DNA of 48,789 bases, the filler included, from Sphacelaria rigidula (taxonomy: Eukaryota), in the NCBI GenBank assembly GCA_964200075.2. It is 3 parts of 3 records of this genome, joined end to end, with 100 filler letters (N's around TTAATTAATTAA, not from the genome) between each part and the next. Parts side by side here need not be neighbours in the genome. Positions count along the whole stretch, not along the records: positions 1 to 16,200 come from CAXNAA020001447.1; 2 more parts are not named here. One strand, 5' to 3'. The notes beneath the pieces are model-generated. The model searched no databases, was not told the DNA's origin, and was given only the letters and a program-made list of their open reading frames with translations. Positions within the stretch are counted from its first letter, which is position 1. Each line of letters opens with the position of its first letter. Position numbers and translations under genes: made by a program. Below are positions 1 to 12,400 of the stretch, in pieces.

Positions 1-48
1 ATGGTCTGATGACTATGGCATGCATGATCATGAGTTCCCCCCCCCCCC
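1..48 (+). mobile_element. Short 3'-terminal fragment of a second LINE subfamily (...gactatggcatgcatgatcatgagt-C tract)
   Basis: Same motif at 16127-16200 (-), 23466-23548 (+) and 30425-30479 (-). Confidence 0.65.
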
Positions 49-71
49 GCGATCGCCCCCGCCCCCCTCCC

Positions 72-324
72 TTTGCAAGTGTAATGCATGGAAGAAGCCC
101 CATGAGCACGCAAATGATGGAGGTTTCTCTATTAGGAGTAGAAACGGTGCTCCGTCCCGAGGTGGACGCGTCGTCAGTATTCAAATGACTAATGCAGGCA
201 ACAAAAGAGTATGCTCCCCTCATCCGCAAGTAAGCCGTGCTCCGTCTCGAAAGGGATGCGTGGTCAATGATCAAACGACTAAGGCAAGCAACAAATGAGT
301 ACGCCCCCCCCCATCCTCAAGTAA
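72..324 (+). mobile_element. LINE 3' end fragment with a tandemly duplicated terminal ~90 bp
   Basis: Encodes LCKCNAWKK...RSRNGAPSR...TKASNK*, matching the C-terminus of ORF 32672-33331; 146-233 and 236-324 are direct copies. Confidence 0.8.
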
Positions 325-965
325 TGTCTGCGCAGGATTAAGAGCGATTTGTCCCCTCGCAAAAGCGGTGGCATTGTATCGGTCTAACCTCTAAAGTATT
401 GGCACCATGTTTTCTTTCTCAGTTGTTGGGTATTAGTTAACGATGAAAATTGGCAGCGGGGCAGAGGTAAAATATGCTTCGTAATATCTTTGGATGCTTC
501 ATCCGCGCGTGTGATTCAAGCCGGGTCCATTCAAAAGAGCTGCCATGCAGCATGGCGTTTGGGCGATATAGTCTCATGTACGAGGACTGGCCGCCCGTGC
601 CTAAACCTTAAACAAACGTGTGCACCCAAACGTGTCGCTCTCTGTGCACGGATGTATGTCTTGACCACTGGACTTGCCATGGTTTGCGGTTTCCAGGTTG
701 CAGCGAGGCAATTTTTTTTGTTCGTCTTGTTTCGACACGTTGTACAACGGCACATTTCCCAACTTAGCCCAGTGCCTGTCTCGTGTGTGACCCCTTATTG
801 TGATGAATCCATCGTGGCAGACTCATTTCCCTTTCATTTCCCATCCGCTGAGTGTCGTGGCTGACGACTTGGGTTTACGAATGCGGGAAGGGAAATGCGG
901 TTTCGCCTGCCACGAGCCATCATCCGGCGGTCGCGGTAATTTCGCTCGCTCGTCAACTTTAAATT

Positions 966-1127
966 GACGACGGAGTAATGTTTTCCAGCGCAGCCTTCTC
1001 TTTTCCGCTGGCAATTCTTCTGCTGACCATCCTTCGGCATGATAGATTTTGACGGCGGTATAATGTTTTCCAGCGTAGCCTTGTCCTGTCGACTGGCAAT
1101 TCTTCAGCGAGCCATCCTTCTGCATGA
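966..1127 (+). repeat. Two diverged ~85-bp direct repeats
   Basis: gac.cgg..taatgttttccagcg.agcctt...ctggcaattcttc...ccatccttc.gcatga at 966-1041 and 1051-1127. Confidence 0.75.
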
Positions 1128-1316
1128 AATCTCGGGAGAAAACCTTGCATATCTGGAGGTTGACCTACCAGCTTTACCGACCTATACGTCTCGAATTCTT
1201 CTCGCGAACCGCTTGGTGAACGACTGCTCACTCGACTTGGGTAGTTGGTTAAGTAGTTGCTTGATTGGTTGGTTGATTGTTTGTTGCATGATATCTGATC
1301 CCCGGGGGCTGGGGGC

Positions 1317-1360
1317 TAGGGGTTAAGGGTTAAGGGTTAAGGGTTAAGGTTAGTGTTAGG
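1317..1360 (+). repeat. Interstitial telomere-like repeat (TTAAGGG)n
   Basis: Three perfect TTAAGGG units plus degenerate TTAAGG/TTAGTG/TTAGG units. Confidence 0.7.
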
Positions 1361-1781
1361 CGTCCGCTAGTCCCCGAGAGTTCCGGTCGTAGTCATCATC
1401 CATAAGATGGACGTACCCAAGGCAAACAAAACGGACGGGCACACTCGCTCATGAAAACTCGAGAGAGATTAAACACAACGATAGAGCAAACGGAGAAAGC
1501 TGAACAAGAAGCTCAGCAGACACGCAGACGAGAAAAGATTGGTCAAAATACAGCAGAAGATGGAAAGGAAGGGAAGAGGAAGGGGAAGGGGAAGGAAAAA
1601 AAGAAAGGGAAAGGAGAACACCACGAAAAACCTGTGTTGGTGAAAATAATAACCATATGCACCGACTACCTTCTCTATACGTCTCTACAGTAATCACGCA
1701 CGGGTACTCTAGCTTTTGTACGAGTTTCCCACTTTCGTGACCTCCCTCCCCCTCTGCAATATCCTCTTTACCGTACTACAG

Positions 1782-1901
1782 AAACTGCTCGGATCGGACA
1801 CCGATGGGCAGGACAGCTTCGGGCACTCAGTGTCGATAGACGAGGACAACGAGCTGCTTATTGTAGGGGCTCCATATGCGGAAGATAATGGAGTGACGGA
1901 G
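1782..1901 (+). CDS. FG-GAP protein exon (KLLGSDTDGQDSFGHSVSIDEDNELLIVGAPYAEDNGVTE)
   Basis: cag acceptor 1779-1781, gtgggt donor at 1902; clear FG...GAP motif. Confidence 0.85.
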
Positions 1902-4900
1902 GTGGGTTAAGGTCGTCAGCAGCTGTCGGATTGCGTATTAACGCGACAATGACGTCGAGATCAAGTGGGGAACACGACACGGCGTATAAGCAGGCAAACG
2001 TCGCGTCATAAGCATTTCATTTCGTGCTCATGCATAGTATCTGCAATAGTACCTTTCCTGGAATCAATCTACCTTGCCCACAACACGATGTGCACATATG
2101 CCACCATGGAACGCTGTGAAATATCCACACCCTGGACAATACAACATATTCTCAATATATATGTATATATTAGTCGATCATATTGGAATTTTGCGATATA
2201 TTGCCGTCGTAATATATATATATATATATATATATATTGCTATCCTTGGACTGCACATGTATTGCGCGCCCAATATATATCAATGTCGTGGGACTGCATA
2301 CATATTGCCCGCCCGATATATTTTGGTACCGTGGAATTGCACACATATTGCCTCATCAATATATATTTGGGCAGTGTGGGCGACGGCATATTACACGACC
2401 AGTATATTTTAGGGTCGCATTGGTGAGAACATATTGGCCGGTCAAGATATATTGGGGCCGCGTGGGTGTCAATGTATTGGCCGATCGATGTATATTGGAT
2501 ATTGTAAATATGGTGTACGCTCCGAGAAAGATCTAGACGCAATGGATGCCGGAGCCCGTGCAAATTGGGAACAGCTTCGAAGGAAGCTGCAGAGGTTCGC
2601 GTGCATTGCTACGGAGAGTTGTCGAATGCGATTGATATATATATATAAATTGGCCGAAAAATATGATGGCAGAAGAGGCGGCCCAGTATATGTACCTTCT
2701 GATACCTATCTGGCCACCGGTGCGGTGCCGCTCATCCCCTTTACAGTATGTAATACATGTTCGGTAAACGTTACGACGGCAGAAAACACGGGTCGATATG
2801 CGCCTTTGGGTACCTCTCTGGTCGCCGATGCTGTGTTGCGTATACCCTGGACAATACAATATGTTCCAATATGATACTAATAATTTGTATTGGAGACAGC
2901 GCAAGTATTGTCCATTCAATATGCATTGTGTTGAGATGTCCTCGGAGACGTTCAAGCAACAGCATATATTTCCCGTGTCATTGTCGTGAAGCAATGCGTG
3001 ACAATATATACTGGACATGCATTTGCTCCGGGAACAATGTATTGAATATATATTGAGCATGCTAGCCCTGTATGTATTCAAGTGTCAATATATATTGAGT
3101 TGAAGCGATGCGTAACATATTGTTACCATGATCTGTATTGAACATAAACCATACGAAAGTATTGTTCTTCCTTTATATACATATATATTGCGCACGCTCA
3201 TCTCATAGCTTTTGTGCTGCCAATATATATTGAACTCGCTCGCGGAAGGATATACTGAGCGTTTGCGGCATCTGTTGATACATCGTTCAATGGTGCCCGC
3301 GAACATATGACTGTCTCCCATACTAATCTCAATACACTCTCCAATCTACATGTTGAATCAATATATATATACATTGATACACCAGTACGTATTGTGATCG
3401 TTTGTTTCGTCTTGTATTGTCCGCCCGATATATACTGAAAGCATTGACGCATGGCATATTGGAGGGCCAATATATATTGGCGCTTAGGGTGTTGAGTATA
3501 TTGAAGCGTCAGCATATATTGACCTCGTGTTGCAGCCAATATATTACTCGACAATATATATGTTGGCGCCTTACCGCACCAACATGTTACTCGGCCAATA
3601 TATATATATATATATATTGATGTGGCGCGTGTCGTGATATATTGTTCGATCGATATATATATTGCATGTCGCGAGCCTCGACATATTGATGGCACAATAT
3701 ATATTGACCTGCCTCTCGTGCGATCATATTGCTCGTCCAAAATAAATTGACTACCCCACGCGTCGACATATTGAGCGGACAATATATATCACATATTGTA
3801 TTGTCCTGGGTGTGAGAATATCTGAATTCAATACTTTACAGAAAGGACGCCAGTTAAAGCTTGAAGCACCAGACGAAGCTATCAGTACCGTCTGCATATC
3901 GAGCTTTGCAGGGGACATGAATCCCCGAGCACTGCTGATGATATTTTTTTTATCCAAGACGCGCGTGGCATTGATTTACTGCCGATCTGTTCACCCTCAT
4001 TTTCATGGGATGTATCGTTCCGACACTAGCCGATCCCCTTCCGTGTTCTGCGCTGAAAATACAGGTTCAGGCCATCAGCTGTTCGGCGACCGACGGAAGC
4101 TTCACGCTTGATTTCAGGGGTTTCACATCAGCCCCTATCGCAGCGAATGCTTCCCTGTGCGTACGCATCGTCCTAGAGCATGATGAATGGAGCCTTCAGG
4201 AAACTCGAGAGAAATAATAAAGTGAAGGCGGACAAGGGGTGAACAGAGCAAACAAAATGAAGTACGAGTTTGCGCGAGTACATACGTGGCCACTTTGACC
4301 ACATTTCCTGCAGACTCTGACACATTTCGCGGACGCAAACCCAAGCGACTTGACAGGGTCAAGAGATGCAGAGGCTTCCCGGCACTACTGATGGCGTCTG
4401 AAATATGGATGTTTCTGGCACGTTAGCTGGGAAACACTATTTGCAGAGCGCTTCTGAAACCGCGTTTGTTTACGTAATGTGTCTGTGACATCGCGGCGCC
4501 CGTCTCAGAATATTCTGATGGTAGGGAAAGGTTCATGGGTCACATGTGTTCGGTGCTACCCAGGAGTAAGTATCGAAACTCCGTATCTCCGCTGGTACCG
4601 GATATTAATCACGCATCATACAAAGCCCATTCGGTATGGCTCACGTCACTGGGGTGTCTTATTCTTTACTTCCCGTTCGCGGTCAGAGTGCATGAACATT
4701 AGTGCCGCTTGAGTGACGCCTGAACAGCAGAATCCATATATATGTTACAAATGCCGCATCCCTCGCTTCCTTATCAGCGGGTATACGGATCATCCATGTA
4801 ACAGTTCTTATTGATGAACCTGCACTCGAGCTCAGTCGTGTTACATTAGACACGTCTGGAAGCTCTTTCCTGCGTCAGTCTTCCAAATTTTTGGGATTCG

Positions 4901-5077
4901 AAATTCATCCCGCGGAACGGGTGACGCGGCCACAAGTCGGCTCCCCCCCACCCTTCTCCCTTTCTAAAGCTGCACGCCAAACAAACAGAACACACGACCG
5001 ATCTGCTTGCGTGCGTACCTCTACCATACTCATGGGAAACAGCGCACTTCATATCTTCACTTCAAGCTCATTCATCG

Positions 5078-5114
<37 letters not shown>

Positions 5115-6421
5115 TTCCGCCGGAGGGCGAACACAAAAGTATCGCAGTAAAAGGCCATAGGGGGGGCCNNNNNNNNNNCCCCCCCCACCCCCCATTGAAA
5201 AAACCACCCTGCTTTTCCCTCGCTGCCCCCCGACCTCGCCCCCCCCCCCCCCCCCCCCTCCCCGTCGTGCCTGATTCGGTGGATGGACAAAAACAAGATT
5301 CGAGCTGTACACGGCCATTCGGGGGCCCTTCGGGGGCACATCCAACTTGCACCCCTTTCCTGAGATAGATATCACGGAGAGATACACGGGAGAGTGGGAC
5401 GTGACGGCGCCTGACGGTCTGTGTACGGGAAACAACTCGGCGTTTATTTCGTTCCGCACTCCTCGGCACGACTTTTGGGGGGGCAACGGCGACCTGGAGC
5501 TGCTGACCGTGGATGCTTCGCTGCTGAACGGACATGTCACTGTTGAGGAGGTAGGCATTTGCGCCGTTGCTGGGGTCTGAGTTTTTTTATCTTCCAGGCA
5601 GGAGCTACGTGGCAAGCAGAGGTATGGCAGCATACTGCCGCGGACCGCTTGACGAGCAGTACAAGAAGCGCATGAATGACTAGAAGGACGTATCGGCACC
5701 GGATAGCCAGCGCCTCTGAATGAGTCATCCTACGATAGGGGAGGGGGATATTTTGGGCCATTTCTTGGACGAAATTCTGAGGCAAATCGTCGTTTAAATC
5801 AGCAGCGGTTGCTCGAACGAGCTTGTTATAGATAAAAAAGGCTCATTTACAACGATTGACACCGTTTTGAACCAAATACGAGCGCATCGCGAGTGGGGCA
5901 GGTCGTCTGACACACTTATGAGTTTTGTTTTCGTGCAATCAAACACCCCCACCCCTATCGTAGGATGACTCGAATATACTTGGTCGCATCGGCTACAACA
6001 GATATCACACGACGTTCCGCCTCCGCATTGTATCTCTCTTTCGACAACGTTTGAGAGCCCTCTCCTCCGTGTCCCGGAATTTTGATAATGACTGCAAAAC
6101 AATCTCCGCAGGTTGTAAAGGGGACTGTAAACCCCGACGGTCCGTTCTCACGAGGGGTTCAAAAGGGTGCGGCGTACGTATTCCGACGAAGCGCGTCGAC
6201 GGGCCTGTGGTACCAAGAGGCTAAGCTGTTCTTGGACGATGGACAGGGTACCGACAGATACGGCTGGCAGGTTGGACTATCATGAGGATAGCTGCCTATA
6301 TGCACGTGGGCGATGTTTGCTGTATTTAGGGCATGATGAGTTTTAATTCGTTACGAATGTAATTATTCATGACAACATCTCAGAATAGTCAGCGCATACC
6401 TCGAGCTCGAATGGTACAAAC

Positions 6422-6455
<34 letters not shown>

Positions 6456-9400
6456 TATTTGGTTGTTTTTTTTGGTGTTTTTCCCCGTGACCCCATATGC
6501 NNNNNNNNNNGGGGCAGTTGGCGGGCGCGAGGGGGTGGCGGGGGGGGGGGTGGGGGGGGGGGGGGCGGGGTGCTGAGGCGCACTAATTCGTTGCTTGCTT
6601 TAGTCGTTTGACCACTGACCATACATCCCTTTCGCGATGGAATGATGTTTCATATCCTAGCAGAGACACCTCCAAAATATGGGCGTTCATTACGTTTCTT
6701 CCTTGCACTGCAAAATAACCTTTTACTCATCTTATCTTTTCCCTGTTTCGCAGTCTGTGGCCACGATCGTTCTCCTAGTACAGCAACAGTTTCTCGCTTA
6801 TGTGTAAAGTTGCTGCTGCTGCTGCTGCTGCTGCTGTTGTTGTTGTTGATGTTGTCTTCACATGAACAAAAGACGAAACGATTTTGTGTCCCATTCGTTT
6901 GGTTCCCACAATACCCCTCGAACACGTCCCGTTCCCTCCTGTATGGTTCACATTCTGCCACAATATGCATTCTGCTCTCTATTTGCTCAACCACAGAGGA
7001 AGTTTCGTGCATGTTCTTCCGCTTCCACCCGACCACTGGTATACCTATTTTTCTTTCTGGCGGGTCCAGGTCCCCCACTCGAAATTGCATTTTCGACGTT
7101 TTCGCGTGGTCCATGGGGTCGTGCCAAATGTTTCAATCCCTATCCCTTTTTTCAAAACCCATATATCTTCAGGTGCTCTTCCTCGTCCACTCCCTGCCTT
7201 ATCATCTGTTCCCCCTTATTTCTATATTTTCCGGCTAATCTTGTCTTGTACCCCCCACCTCCACCTATTGACGTCTTGGTTTCCTCCTACATCCTGCCAT
7301 ACCTCCTCGCCTGCTCTATCCCGTTTACTTCAGCCTGCCCTTTCGGTACTTCGGGGAGGGGGAGGGGTGATGGTGGGAAGGGTGATGAAGAGGGCACCGA
7401 TCGATATGACTGAATAATTGGCTAAAATCTGTCGTCGCACAAAAAAATGGGAAATACGAGTAAACGTAGTCGACGGATCGAGTGCGAAGTGGCGATTGTG
7501 CCATGAAGAACCGCTGCAGTACAGTTGACGTGTAGTATTTTGCTGCGTGATCACTGATCCGCTACGAATTTAGCCATGGCCGAAAACTGAAGGTGCTCAA
7601 GGTAAATACACGGAAGCCCTGGCTAAACGGGCATTCGAGAGAAGAAGAAAGCAGGGGGAAGAGGGAAACAAACGGAATGAGCTGATGCAGACACCAGGCT
7701 AACGCGTAGTAGCGTTCCCGAAAAAACATCACGATCTCGATTTTTCCGGTCCTCTTTCTACATTTAAGTTGGTAGCACCAGTTTGTCAGCAAAGCTCCAA
7801 GAATTTCAAGGTAGCAGGGGATGACACGTTTTCGTGGAAGCAGAAGCAAGGGAGATACATCTGAAGGCTTACAGGGCTTGTATGTGTTGAAAACAAATAA
7901 TGAAACGTATATTTTAGTTCACTGAGCACACTGCCTGATTTCATGTCAAGTTAGGATTGTCATTGCCATGTGCCAAGCTTGTCTATCTGATTCGCCTTGC
8001 GAGGTGTAGCACGATTAGTCGCAGTATATTGTCCCGCCATGGTGCAGCATGGCACTAACACGCACGTCTTGCGGAAGCCCAATGCTTCGACGGTACTTTT
8101 CTGATGGCGTTCAGGTAGTCATGACAATACTACAGGACTAGAGTGAAGCACCCACCATCGCAGTACCACGTGAATCCCATGGCGGGTTCATGGAAATATG
8201 ATCGCATGATATTTTCGTGATCGTTTTGTAGAACTAGCACGGCGTCTCAGCCTCTGCCACTTCCATCGGATACACATTCTATGGGAATGCCATTTTCCAC
8301 GATCCAGTACCGTGGCGTCTCTACGGTTCGCTCACGATGGTGGAGGTAATAGAGCCGCTATGCGCCATGGTCTTAACGCAGACGTGTCTGAGACATAAAT
8401 GCGGATGCGTTTACTACAAAGAAAATTTAACTACGACAAGGGGCGAAGAAAGATAGTATGTAGAGAAAAATGCTCCATTTCCTCCTACATGTTTATTGAC
8501 GGTCGTGCTACTTGTGGGCAGGTGGTAGCACAGGGTGACGCCGTTACAAACGACTACGTGATCGTGTCAGCGCCGGGGAAGGACGCAGAAAAGGGATCGG
8601 TACACGTTTATACCTACGTCGCGGCCACGAAGACTTGGCGGATGCTTCAAACGATTACCAGCGAGCTGTGGTCTTTAGGTGAGCGAATTTTCGGGGTCTG
8701 ATATATACGAATTATTTTAGCATGTGCATGTGGCTATTATATCCCGGTTTTTCGAGTGAGGGGTTCTAGCGTTTTGGAGTGCGTAAAACTCCGTGGCCAA
8801 GCAATGATTTCAGCTGCTTGAGTAGAATACGCTGTTGGTTGTTGTACCTTCCCGTTTTACTCTCTCTCTCCCTCTCTCTCTCTCTCTGCCACTCTCTCCC
8901 ATTTCTTCTCCGTCTCAAGAGACGTTTCGTAGGCCCGCGGTCGAAGGATAGAACACTCGAAGCATACCTGCAAAAGACCACACTTCCAGCAAGAGTCTGT
9001 CGAGGGTTAAATGTCGCTTTTACGAAAGTCCTGGCCAAAAGATATAGGTAGCTCGTTCCGGGAAATATGCGCACCTGTACCCGAATTGCAGAGGATGCTC
9101 TCCACGCCAGAACGAAACGCGCTAGACACAGATCTCACGTGCGAAGACGTTAAATCAATCTTACTACTAGCCTCATTTCATTCGATGCTCTACGGTCCGC
9201 GCGCAGGCCAGACACGTGTATTTGAACTGTTAAATCCGCTGGGTTATCATTAGAGCACGACCACAGAGACGCGACGTGTGCTGACGATCATCTCTGCGTC
9301 TGAATTTATGGCTATTGTACTGACCAGGACATCCATTTCTTCTATGGATCAACGATTTCTGCCCGCGTTCGTCCCTCTCTGCCGGTCGCCCATGCTCTTA

Positions 9401-12400
9401 TTGACGCCAGACACCGACCAGTTTGGCGGTTCGTTGTCCGTAGCCGACGAAACACTTGTCGTCGGTGGAGCAGGGTTTAACTCTAGTGCTGGCGCCGTCT
9501 ACATCTTTACGGTGTCGAGGTCGGGCGTCTTTCAAGCGGATCAAAGGCTTCTCCACCCTGAAGATGTAGGTGGAGCACTTCGTGGAGACTGCAGCACCCC
9601 ACACGAAATGGTGTTATTCGACGTAACCAACAACCCCAATGATACAGTCAAACACTTTAGTGGATTCTCACATTGAGTGGTATCTGTAGTGGGTTCGGAA
9701 GTATACCACGAAGTACTTCAACGAACAGCTGCACCGGAAGATGGTGTATTGCGAGACAACCTTGGGTATCGTGAATTTGGTCTGTCACTCAAATCTCTCA
9801 AACTTTGTGGCTACCTTCACTGCTCGGGCTCTGCAGCGATGCTGCGTGCCGCATTGTGGGGCGTTTTCTATTTTACGATGCGTGTGCAACGCTGTTGATG
9901 CAATTGTGGGTTGGGCAAGCGCATGAATTTACTACGCTGACTACCTACTGGAATGGATGAATTGTTAATTCACTAGTTACGACTTTTGCACTGATCGTTG
10001 TGTATTGACTACCTGCATCACGAGCGAGGTACCACACGACAGGTTCAAGGCTATAGTCAGACGCATAAGTGATAGTACAAGTGCACCGAGCTGTGACAGA
10101 TTGTGATATTTACCCTGAGATTAAGTCTGCAATGCTTCCCAAGCCAGACATTAACGTCCTGTTGTGTTATGCTATAGATTTCGATTACATGTATGCGTCT
10201 GTTTTGAAATGTTACTGCCGGGGTGCTGTGTTGGCGTGATTGAATAGGCGGCAGATTATATGCGTGTCCACCGTGGGGAGGGATGACGTAGATTCTCGTG
10301 GATATTCCCGCAAAATTCACGTTATTCGACCCCAAGACGCATCAAATGAACACCTCAAAACGTCGAAGGCCGTGGTGCGGAGCGCCTCAGGTATCAACTG
10401 CCTGAAAACGACAGATAGATACACCACGTGGTCGGTCGGAACCCGCCGTGGTTGTTCACGCACCGTGGGGGATTGTCAGTTGAGGCGGAATGCCTCGAAC
10501 GCATAGGAGGGATTATTGATGCATTCATCTGATACACATCGGCACGGTGTTGTGTGGGGACACCAGAACGTCAAGCTACCTAGATCGTGAATTACTCTCA
10601 CACGCGTTTCTCGTCCCGGGGTCGTTTTCTCCAACCCCGGGATATTTCCCGATTTGTCGACGACGAAAAAGTACACTGCCGTATGTTTTAAAACGAATCA
10701 GTCGTCCACGCTTCCCAAGGGTTGAATATCGCACCCGTGCAGTGTTGCCGGGCTATTCTCTCGCACATTGAAACACGTACAGTGAAACAGAAAAACCTAC
10801 GTCCCAAGCCAGGTGATGATCGAGACATGAATGAATGGGCGATTCTGCCTGTGTTGTGTACGTACCAATCGCGTGACACAATAGCATTGCTTGCATTCCA
10901 TGAGCTATGATCGGCACCCGTTCTACTGAAGATACATCTTTAGTAGTCGCCCCCTATCCCACTCCTTATCCCACCCCCTACAATGAGTTTTGATAAATCA
11001 CCATAACAAGTCCATCCCCTTACCTTGCACAGCTAGCCAAAGGGGCTTAAAATCCTATGCATGGCGATATCTACCATGTGCTATGAATCCCCGCGCCCCA
11101 CAGTCCCTGACCTCCCATTTCACGTTCAACACCTTTTACGATTTCTATTAGCGCCCGTTGTTCTACGAAAATCTTTTTGTTGGCTCCTAGGCAAGAAGTG
11201 GCGACAGATTCGGGGAGAGTCTGGGCCTATACGGTAACTTCTTGGCTGTCGGATGCCCAAAAAGAGAAGATGTGTGGCTGCACACGGGAACGTCATGGAC
11301 AGATTGGGAAGGGCAGGACGTTGGAGCTGTGTATCTCTACCGGCGCGACAGCTCAGAGACCGCTTTCTACTTGTTCCAGGTATGTACAGTATGTATGTAT
11401 GTATGTATGTATGTATGTATGTATGTATGTATGTATGTATGTATCTATGTATCTATGTATCTATGTATCTATGTATCTATGTATCTATGTATCTATGTAT
11501 CTATGTATCTATGTATCTATGTATCTATGTATCTATGTATCTATGTATCTATGTATCTATGCATGTATGCATGCATGCATGTACGTATCACTTATGTTCC
11601 AGGGCGTACGTTTTCAACGTGGGGAGCGATGTACCTAGTATGTAACAACACGGAAAGAAATGGGTACCATAAACTACAACGTTTGAGAGACTTGACTGGT
11701 CTGCCAGGAACGAGGGTACTCGAGTTACGTTTCAATACGGCACAAACCAGACACGACACATCCGAGGTATAAGCGACTTTTGCCCAGTAAAATCCACACA
11801 AAGCGTTTTTCTACGTATTGCGTGAACTCTGTCATTCTCAACCATCCCTTTTCTCCAACGATTCTTTTCAATGGCCACTGCGTGATAACGAGGTTACCGA
11901 AATATCTTCATTGCAACGCAATGTTTCATTGCGTGCATCATGGCTGTGACACACTCCTTGGTACACGGATGTCCCAAAATACACGCACTAATAGTTGTCC
12001 GTACGTATGCGTTACATCTTATGCTTCCGTGCCGTTTTCCCGCCGCGACGGAGCGTAGAAGTTGGAGGCATCAAATGTGAGACCCTTCGATCGGTTCGGA
12101 GTCAGCGTTAGCCTCAACGAAGACACGCTCATTGTAGGATCCCACCAAGAATTCGAGAAAGGAAAACTGGCCTATCAGCGGGCAGTACAGGTATGACACC
12201 AACATGTGCTAGTTGCAGGTTGCAGAGGAGAAAGTCATGCTTTCGGCAGGAGTAGGACACGCGTTTCCGACAAGGCCAAACTTTAGAACCCCGATAAGGC
12301 TGACACATGGGATTCTCGGGACGATATTTGAATTCAACACCGTTGGGTTGACCAGCGACCGCTGTTCTACAGTTTTGCGTTTGGTCCCACGGAAAGCGAT

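Noticed and set aside
1451..1693. Lys/Glu/Gly-rich ORF as an upstream exon of the FG-GAP gene
   Set aside because: Purine-rich low-complexity sequence with no FG-GAP motif or convincing splice sites.
2150..3800. Repeat-spacer (CRISPR-like) pattern and many overlapping Ile/Tyr-rich ORFs
   Set aside because: The repeat is only a short, irregular AT motif inside a TIR element within an intron; the ORFs are compositional artefacts.
5049..5699. Gly-rich minus-strand ORFs
   Set aside because: Produced by poly-C tracts and an N gap, antisense to a real exon.
11177..11772. ORFs with MYVC/IYVSMYLC repeats
   Set aside because: Translation of an intronic microsatellite; only 11191-11379 is exon.
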